From NCBI GenBank assembly GCA_964480435.1, contig CAYZSS010000015.1, forward strand, positions 1-5,313: a stretch of 5,313 nucleotides of DNA. Reading direction: 5' to 3'. The DNA is from an uncultured archaeon (GTDB taxonomy: Archaea > Iainarchaeota > Iainarchaeia > Iainarchaeales > 0-14-0-20-30-16). Positions within the stretch are counted from its first letter, which is position 1. The number at the start of each line of letters is the position of its first letter. Made by a program: the position numbers and the translations under genes. The notes under the pieces are model-generated. The model worked only from the letters and a program-made list of their open reading frames with translations. It was not told the DNA's origin and did not search any database. This document shows, piece by piece, positions 1 through 4,785 of the stretch.

Positions 1-750
1 CCCACCTGTTGTTGAGTCGCTTCTATAGGATGCTACAGAATCTATTTCATCAATAAATATAATTGCAGGTGCATTATCTCTAGCAAATGCAAAAAGATCT
101 CTTACTAATCTCGCACCTTCCCCAATATATTTCTGAACAAGATCTGAACCGCTTAAACTAATAAATTTAGCATTTGCTTGGTTTGCAACTGCCTTTGCAA
201 TCAGAGTTTTTCCTGTTCCTGGTGAGCCGTAAAGTAATATTCCTTTGGGAGAATCTATTCCAAATTGAGTAAATATTTCTGGGTTTGTTAAAGGAAGCGT
301 AATCATTTCTTCTAATTCAGTAATTATTTTTTCTAACCCACCAATTTCTGCATAGGTAATTGCTGGTTTTTCTTCAAGGTCAAAAGTATTAATCCTGTAA
401 TCCATATCTTTTGAAAAAACATCCAATATTGCCAAGTTATGCTGTGCTAAAGAAAGCCTAGTTCCAACCTCTAGTTTATCCTTATAATCTTCAGGAACAG
501 TTATTGCAAACACAATACCATTATAATTTCTAACAATTGCCTTATTGTCAAATAATTCCTGAACAACACAAACAATACCCGGAGAGGTGTTGTATGCTTC
601 TAGCTCTTTTCTCATTTTTTCATTATCTTTTTGCAACATTTGCAATTGCATTTGAAGATTCACAAGCTGAGATCTGAGAAAAGTTAATTCTCCATACTCT
701 TTATATCCTGCTTTATCTCTATTTTCCAAACTATCGATCTCATAAGCCAT
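1..750 (-). CDS. pan: Proteasome-activating nucleotidase (PAN / Rpt-type AAA+ ATPase). N-terminal 250 codons only; the 3' end lies beyond window position 1.
   Basis: Not in the ORF track because it runs off the edge. Reverse-complement translation from the ATG at 750..748 stays open for 250 codons to position 1: MAYEIDSLENRDKAGYKEYGELTFLRSQLVNLQMQLQMLQKDNEKMRKELEAYNTSPGIVCVVQELFDNKAIVRNYNGIVFAITVPEDYKDKLEVGTRLSLAQHNLAILDVF...EEKPAITYAEIGGLEKIITELEEMITLPLTNPEIFTQFGIDSPKGILLYGSPGTGKTLIAKAVANQANAKFISLSGSDLVQKYIGEGARLVRDLFAFARDNAPAIIFIDEIDSVASYRSDSTTGG. The architecture is a coiled coil, an OB-like segment, then an AAA+ domain with Walker A GSPGTGKT and Walker B IIFIDEID. The VQKYIGEGARLVRDLF block is typical of PAN/Rpt subunits. 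Confidence 0.9.
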   Translation of the reverse strand, partial: MAYEIDSLENRDKAGYKEYGELTFLRSQLVNLQMQLQMLQKDNEKMRKELEAYNTSPGIVCVVQELFDNKAIVRNYNGIVFAITVPEDYKDKLEVGTRLSLAQHNLAILDVFSKDMDYRINTFDLEEKPAITYAEIGGLEKIITELEEMITLPLTNPEIFTQFGIDSPKGILLYGSPGTGKTLIAKAVANQANAKFISLSGSDLVQKYIGEGARLVRDLFAFARDNAPAIIFIDEIDSVASYRSDSTTGG

Positions 751-807
751 TTTTGACACCCAATATATATATTTAGTTATAACCTATAAAAAGCTATTCT
801 ACTTTTG
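751..807 (-). promoter_or_regulatory. Putative PAN promoter and ribosome-binding region, possibly also the terminator of the upstream gene
   Basis: The minus strand reads TAG-CAAAAGTAGAATAGCTTTTTATAGGTTATAACTAAATATATATATTGGGTGTCAAAA-ATG. TTTTTATAG (plus 784..792) is TATA-like, centred about 38 bp upstream of the ATG. GGGTG (plus 757..761) is a Shine-Dalgarno-like match 6 nt before the ATG. The T5 run could also act as an oligo-T terminator for 808..1425. A second AT-rich block (763..776) makes the TATA assignment ambiguous. Confidence 0.3.
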
Positions 808-1425
808 CTAAATTTTTGATATTTCTTGAATACTGTTTAAAAAAGACCTTTTTATGAAGTATTTCTTATCTAAATCAGCAATTAAACCAGAGTATTTCTC
901 ATAGTTCTTTATTTTTATTTTCTTAGCATATTTTATCTTCTTAATTCTCGCATATTGTTCTAGCTCTTCATCCTTAATGGAGTAAAATGGCTTAATGAAC
1001 TCTGCTTTTCCGATTTTAAAACTAGAACCAAAATAATTTTTCAACTTAAACTCTTTTAAAATAAACTTCAAACCCATTACACATTCAAAATCAACCGTAT
1101 TAGGCAACATAATAACATAACCCTTAAACTTATTTGCTAATTCTTGCAGATATAAAAAATAGTCTTGCGACTTTTCTTTTGAATCAGCAACAACATAAGA
1201 GACAAGTTTATGTTTTTGAAAAAATTTATTAAGCAACAAAACCTGAACAGGATTTGCATTAGAATCAGATACTAATACGTACTTATTATTCATATTTATG
1301 AATCCTGCTTTGTTTAGAAATCTAGTGAGTTTTTCTTCAAGATATTTTTGATAGCAGAGTTTACAAAGGAAGCCATGCTCCACTTTGAATTCTCCTTTTT
1401 TTCCACACAAACAAGTTTCAATCAT
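808..1425 (-). CDS. Minimised TtuA/Ncs6(NcsA)/TtcA-like adenine-nucleotide alpha-hydrolase (PP-loop family) homologue lacking the canonical PP-loop signature; function unknown
   Basis: 205-aa ORF. It has an N-terminal CxC...CxxC zinc-ribbon pattern (C5, C7, C21, C24). This is followed by YQKYLEEKLTRFLNK and the strand KYVLV, the same layout as the TtuA/NcsA N-terminus (Zn finger, helix, then SGGxDS). At the PP-loop position it reads S53-D-S-N-A-N58 (nt 1252..1269). IMLPNTVDFECVMGLKFIL sits where GHNLDDxA...L is expected. FIKPFYSIKDEELEQYARIKKI resembles the conserved [KR]PL-x(4)-E-x-E-x(2)-YA block. The start ATG overlaps the Nre stop (ATGA). Confidence 0.6.
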   Translation of the reverse strand: MIETCLCGKKGEFKVEHGFLCKLCYQKYLEEKLTRFLNKAGFINMNNKYVLVSDSNANPVQVLLLNKFFQKHKLVSYVVADSKEKSQDYFLYLQELANKFKGYVIMLPNTVDFECVMGLKFILKEFKLKNYFGSSFKIGKAEFIKPFYSIKDEELEQYARIKKIKYAKKIKIKNYEKYSGLIADLDKKYFIKRSFLNSIQEISKI

Positions 1426-2603
1426 ACAAAATCAAAAATCCTTTTTTGAATTAATAAGTTTGATACCTTATAAATATTACCCAAATTAATATTAAGTACT
1501 TTTTCCATCTCCGCTTTGGCTTCACTTAAAGAATTTATTTCCAACTTATTGTTAAATGAAGATCTTACATTCTCTCTTACCTGCCACACACCCACGGGGA
1601 AGAAATAATCCTTTTGAATATACCGTATAACCAAAACCCTTGCCTGTTTTTTTATCTTACGCAGATGCTCAATTACAGCAATCCTTGCAGCATAATAACC
1701 CCCACCCTGGTCTTTTGCATAGGTGGTTCTGCCAAAAAAAGGTTCATATTCCTGATTAAAGGAATAATCTTGATTCAAAGAGGGATCAGGGTGAACATCC
1801 ACCTGAGGGGGAAATGTGTTCCCCTGCGGGTCTGTCTCCCAGAGTTCGAATTGCTCATATTCCCACTTTCCAGGAAGCAAAATTATAAAAAAGTGATTAT
1901 GTAGAAACTGATTATAAAACACTTCTATAGCTTCAAGTTCATCAAAATTTCTTATCTCTTTAATATACTCTTTTCCCAGAGAATCATCCACAGCAGTAAT
2001 ACCCCAGCGAGTAGGCACCAACTTTTTATCTATTCCTAAAAACCCAGAGGATAGAACATTAGAAAGATAATCCACATCAAACCCTTTCTTATTCAATTGG
2101 AGTAATCCACTATTTGCTCTTATATCATCATTAATTACTTTTTCTACCTGGGTAGGGATTTTCACATTATCCTCTATTCTTGCTTTTTTTAAAGTAGCAG
2201 AAAGTCCTATTGGTTTTATCTCAGGCCCGGATTCAAAAACAAATTTTTTATTGTCTAAAGCATAATCCATTTTTAATGGGTCTTGGGACAAAGACAAATA
2301 TCTTAATTCATCTTTTGTTCTATTATTAAGTAGAGAAGTATCAAAAGATAGACAGCTTGAAACAAGCGAGTTAATTAGTGAATCATAACTCAAATCTTTT
2401 AACGAACCCACATTAACTTTCTGGTTTGCTCTTGTAATTGGTCCTTTATGGAAATTTCCACAAGTCTGTTTATCGCTAACGAAAAAGAAATTTGAATAAT
2501 TAAATTCATACTCAATTTTGTTTTTTATTAATTCCATTCGTTCTTTGGTTTTTGAGTATAAGTCTTTCTTTCTTTCTTCGATTTGGGTTTTTGAACTAAC
2601 CAT
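1422..2603 (-). CDS. nreA: Archaeal Nre-family DNA repair protein (NreA-like) with a C-terminal PCNA-interacting (PIP) motif
   Basis: 393-aa ORF. I recognise family blocks from archaeal Nre proteins (Pfam Nre_N/Nre_C, formerly DUF650/DUF651): KKLVPTRWGITAVDDSLG, GGGYYAARIAVIEHL and VLVIRYIQKDYFFPVGVWQVRENVR. The extreme C-terminus QKRIFDFV fits a PIP box Q-x-x-[ILM]-x-x-F-[hydrophobic]. Confidence 0.8.
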   Translation of the reverse strand: MVSSKTQIEERKKDLYSKTKERMELIKNKIEYEFNYSNFFFVSDKQTCGNFHKGPITRANQKVNVGSLKDLSYDSLINSLVSSCLSFDTSLLNNRTKDELRYLSLSQDPLKMDYALDNKKFVFESGPEIKPIGLSATLKKARIEDNVKIPTQVEKVINDDIRANSGLLQLNKKGFDVDYLSNVLSSGFLGIDKKLVPTRWGITAVDDSLGKEYIKEIRNFDELEAIEVFYNQFLHNHFFIILLPGKWEYEQFELWETDPQGNTFPPQVDVHPDPSLNQDYSFNQEYEPFFGRTTYAKDQGGGYYAARIAVIEHLRKIKKQARVLVIRYIQKDYFFPVGVWQVRENVRSSFNNKLEINSLSEAKAEMEKVLNINLGNIYKVSNLLIQKRIFDFV

Positions 2604-2616
2604 ATAGAAATTATAT

Positions 2617-2641
2617 AAGGATAATATTAAATACTATTTTT
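2617..2641. promoter_or_regulatory. Putative bidirectional archaeal promoter core: one central TATA-like element flanked on each side by a purine-rich BRE-like segment (read on the respective strand)
   Basis: The 51-bp spacer 2604..2654 holds TATTAAATA (2625..2633; reverse complement TATTTAATA) centred at 2629. That is 26 bp from the first base of both divergent start codons (2603 on minus, 2655 on plus). This matches the archaeal TATA position of about -26/-27 if both mRNAs are leaderless. The flanks are AAGGATAA (2617..2624, plus) and AAAAATAG (reverse complement of 2634..2641). No SD-like sequence precedes either ATG. Confidence 0.45.
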
Positions 2642-2654
2642 TGTTTGTTATACT

Positions 2655-3488
2655 ATGGAAAAAATGACAAAACTTAATTTCTTAACTGCAGGAATGCCAT
2701 CAATTTCAAAATCAGCACTTTCTGCATTAGACGATCTTAAAAAGTTAAACTTAGATGGAATGGAGTTAGAGTATGTTCACGGAGTTAGAAAAAATCTAGA
2801 ACTTGCTCAAGAAATAAAAAAAATAAAACAGAAAACTGATTTGGTTCTGACTGCACACGGTCCTTACTACGTAAACTTAAATGCAACGGAAGAACTTAAA
2901 ATAAAAAATAGTGTTCGCCACATAGTTGAAACTGCTGAACAAGCATCCAACTCAGGAGCATTTTCTTTTACCTTCCATGCCGGATTTTATTTAGGTACAA
3001 GTAAAGAAAGTACTTATAAAGCTATTAAGAAAAATTTATCCATAGCAATAAAAAAAATTTTAGATAAAGATCTAAAGATTTGGATCCGCCCAGAGACAAC
3101 AGGAAAAGAGAGCCAATTTGGGAATCTAGAAGAGATTATTTCTTTATCCCAAGAACTAGAGAATGTAATGCCCTGTGTTGATTTCTCTCACCTACACGCA
3201 CGCTATAATGGAAAGTATAATACAAAGCCAGAATTCGAAGAAGGCCTAAACAAGATTGAAAACGGGTTAGGTAAAGAAGCTCTAAATAATATGCACATTC
3301 ATCTCTCAGGAATAAACTACACAGCAAAAGGAGAAAGAAACCATTTAATTCTAAAAGAAAGCGATATGAACTACAAAGATCTACTTAAGACCTTAAAAGA
3401 ATACAAAGTAAAAGGAGCATTAGTTTGTGAATCTCCAAACATAGAAATAGATACTGCTATTTTGAAGAAATACTACTCTTTGTTATAG
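2655..3488 (+). CDS. nfo: Endonuclease IV family protein (AP endonuclease family 2, xylose-isomerase-like TIM barrel), archaeal subtype
   Basis: 277-aa ORF. The expected metal-ligand and motif series appears in order: TAHGPYYVNL (cf. Nfo HAPYLINL), FTFHAGF, IRPETTGKESQFG (cf. ENxAGqG..lG), CVDFSHLHA (D..H), MHIHLSG, GERNHL and VCESPN (cf. ETP). The ligand order and spacing match the Nfo fold. The E-x-x-H in place of D-x-H is what I recall for archaeal members. Confidence 0.75.
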   Translation: MEKMTKLNFLTAGMPSISKSALSALDDLKKLNLDGMELEYVHGVRKNLELAQEIKKIKQKTDLVLTAHGPYYVNLNATEELKIKNSVRHIVETAEQASNSGAFSFTFHAGFYLGTSKESTYKAIKKNLSIAIKKILDKDLKIWIRPETTGKESQFGNLEEIISLSQELENVMPCVDFSHLHARYNGKYNTKPEFEEGLNKIENGLGKEALNNMHIHLSGINYTAKGERNHLILKESDMNYKDLLKTLKEYKVKGALVCESPNIEIDTAILKKYYSLL

Positions 3489-3496
3489 ATAGCAGA

Positions 3497-3503
3497 TTTT
3501 TTT
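3497..3503 (+). terminator. Oligo-T (T7) archaeal-type terminator after the endonuclease IV gene
   Basis: The sequence TAG-ATAGCAGA-TTTTTTT-ATAT places a T7 run 8 nt after the stop codon at 3486..3488. Archaeal RNA polymerase terminates at oligo-T tracts. Confidence 0.45.
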
Positions 3504-3530
3504 ATATCGTTACTTACCACCTTTCTACAA

Positions 3531-3568
3531 AGCGTAATATTTAAAAAACAAGTTATTATCTTATATAT
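3531..3568 (+). promoter_or_regulatory. Putative promoter of the 378-aa gene (TATA-like box, leaderless geometry)
   Basis: ATTTAAAA (3539..3546) is centred about 26 bp upstream of the ATG at 3569. No SD-like motif is present between it and the ATG. Confidence 0.45.
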
Positions 3569-4705
3569 ATGGCAAAAACACGACACGATAGACGGCGAGA
3601 ACGTTATAACAGAGAAAGACCTGATGTAAAAAAATCTGATATAAAAAAACCTAATGCAAAAACACTTGAGGTAAAAAAAAATGAAACATTTTATAACCTA
3701 CTTGTTGAGACACATAGAGAATTAAAAGCAAGAAATTGGACAAAAGCTCTTAGATCAGCAGTAAAAATTATCGGTTTAGAAGGGAGGGCAGATTACCAAG
3801 CAGGCTACAAACTTGCATATTCCGCTTGTAAAAAATTAGATGACATAAAAGGAATGGAGAGATATCTTAAAATGGCACTAAAAGCAGGAGTAGAGGTAAT
3901 TTATATTGCGGAGGAATTACTAGATTATTTTTATACAGTACAAAGCTATTCAGAATTGGAAGAATTCTATAACAAAACAAAACTGGATCCAAAATTATCT
4001 TTTAAAGGGCATATAACTATGATAAATTATTATGGAGATATAGGTAATTTTGATTCTGCAAAAGAAGTATATATTAGAGCAATGCAACAACAACAAACCA
4101 CAGATAATTTTAATGCTCGTTCAGACATAAATGCAAGTTATATTTCATCTGTGCTTGAAAAAAAGTCAGAGCAAGAATTACAAAATTTTATTCAACACCT
4201 AAAATTAACTGGACAGCTTACTGAAAAAGTATTAGTTATTTATTTAGGGACTCTATATGCAAGACAGAATTGGACTTTATTAATTGAAGAATATAAAAAA
4301 AATAGATTCCAGCGGGCAAGCGAGACCACCTTGCTTTATTTAAATGCTTTACGAAAATCTAGAAGATATAACCAGGCATTAAGAGAAGCGGAAGAGTTTA
4401 CAAAGACTTTGCATAATGGGGATCCTGCAAAAAACTGGGCATTATCAATACAAGGATTTTGTTTAACTAACCTTGGAAGAGCAGCAGAAGCACAAGTATT
4501 ATTTAAAAAATTAATCCCAAATCTGGACCAAATTGATACACGTTATTTATGGACTATTTGTGGATATATCTTTACAAGACCAAAACTAAACCCAGCTGAA
4601 AAACAACAATTTAAACAGGCGTTAACACAACAGACAATTAAAGCACGTAATACATCACTTAGAAAAGATATAACTGACGCCCTATCTATTCTTGAAACTC
4701 TTTAA
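3569..4705 (+). CDS. Hypothetical protein: Arg/Lys-rich N-terminal tail followed by about nine TPR/PPR-like alpha-helical repeats
   Basis: 378-aa ORF with no in-frame alternative start nearby. The N-terminal ~40 aa (MAKTRHDRRRERYNRERPDVKKSDIKKPNAKTLEVKKNE) are highly basic. The remainder shows helix-turn-helix-like units with a ~34-36 aa period, for example ITMINYYGDIGNFDSAKEVYIRAMQ, LLYLNALRKSRRYNQALREAEEFTK and WALSIQGFCLTNLGRAAEAQVLFKKLI. I recognise no catalytic motif. Confidence 0.55.
   Translation: MAKTRHDRRRERYNRERPDVKKSDIKKPNAKTLEVKKNETFYNLLVETHRELKARNWTKALRSAVKIIGLEGRADYQAGYKLAYSACKKLDDIKGMERYLKMALKAGVEVIYIAEELLDYFYTVQSYSELEEFYNKTKLDPKLSFKGHITMINYYGDIGNFDSAKEVYIRAMQQQQTTDNFNARSDINASYISSVLEKKSEQELQNFIQHLKLTGQLTEKVLVIYLGTLYARQNWTLLIEEYKKNRFQRASETTLLYLNALRKSRRYNQALREAEEFTKTLHNGDPAKNWALSIQGFCLTNLGRAAEAQVLFKKLIPNLDQIDTRYLWTICGYIFTRPKLNPAEKQQFKQALTQQTIKARNTSLRKDITDALSILETL
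3623..3682 (+). repeat. Four tandem 15-nt units inside the CDS encoding a 5-aa basic repeat
   Basis: The units are GATGTAAAAAAATCT, GATATAAAAAAACCT, AATGCAAAAACACTT and GAGGTAAAAAAAAAT, encoding DVKKS / DIKKP / NAKTL / EVKKN. Units 1 and 2 differ at 2 of 15 positions. The block contains A7, A7 and A9 homopolymers. Confidence 0.7.
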
Positions 4706-4734
4706 TACAATAACCTTAGTTTGTAAAAGCCCAC

Positions 4735-4785
4735 AAAATAGTTTATAACATTTAACAGGTCTACAAAAAATAGCTAAACTATTTT
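4735..4785. repeat. 11-bp perfect inverted repeat in the convergent intergenic region (possible bidirectional terminator hairpin)
   Basis: AAAATAGTTTA (4735..4745) is the exact reverse complement of TAAACTATTTT (4775..4785), with a 29-nt spacer. The right arm overlaps the stop codon of the pentapeptide gene and runs into a T5 on the plus strand. The left arm ends in T4 when read on the minus strand. Confidence 0.3.
4765..4770 (-). terminator. Oligo-T (T6 on the minus strand) terminator after the pentapeptide-repeat gene
   Basis: The minus strand reads TAG-CTA-TTTTTT-GTAG, placing a T6 3 nt after the stop codon (4776..4774). Confidence 0.4.

Noticed and set aside
202-225. Walker A reads GSPGTGKT instead of the usual GPPGTGKT in PAN
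   Set aside because: This is a conservative variation outside the invariant GxxGxGK[ST] positions. There is no reason to infer loss of ATPase function.
1614-1904. 96-aa ORF on the plus strand
   Set aside because: It lies entirely antisense within the well-supported Nre CDS. Its translation is low-complexity and hydrophobic with no recognisable motif, and it has no promoter-like context. It is most likely a shadow ORF of the opposite-strand gene.
2631-2656. 7-bp direct repeat ATACTAT (2631..2637 and 2650..2656) in the divergent spacer as an operator
   Set aside because: It is short and AT-rich, so it is expected by chance in this composition. The second copy overlaps the ATG itself, and there is no dyad symmetry typical of a regulator site.
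2816-2823. A8 (2816..2823) and A9 (3673..3681) homopolymers inside CDSs as programmed frameshift or phase-variation sites
   Set aside because: They encode in-frame Lys runs (KKIK, VKKN) in a Lys-rich, AT-biased proteome. No alternative frame extends into a meaningful ORF after a +1 or -1 shift. I kept only the repeat at 3623..3682 as a low-interest note.
3136-3327. 63-aa ORF on the minus strand
   Set aside because: It is fully embedded antisense in the endonuclease IV family CDS, across its conserved D..H motif region. The translation has no recognisable features, so I treat it as a spurious shadow ORF.
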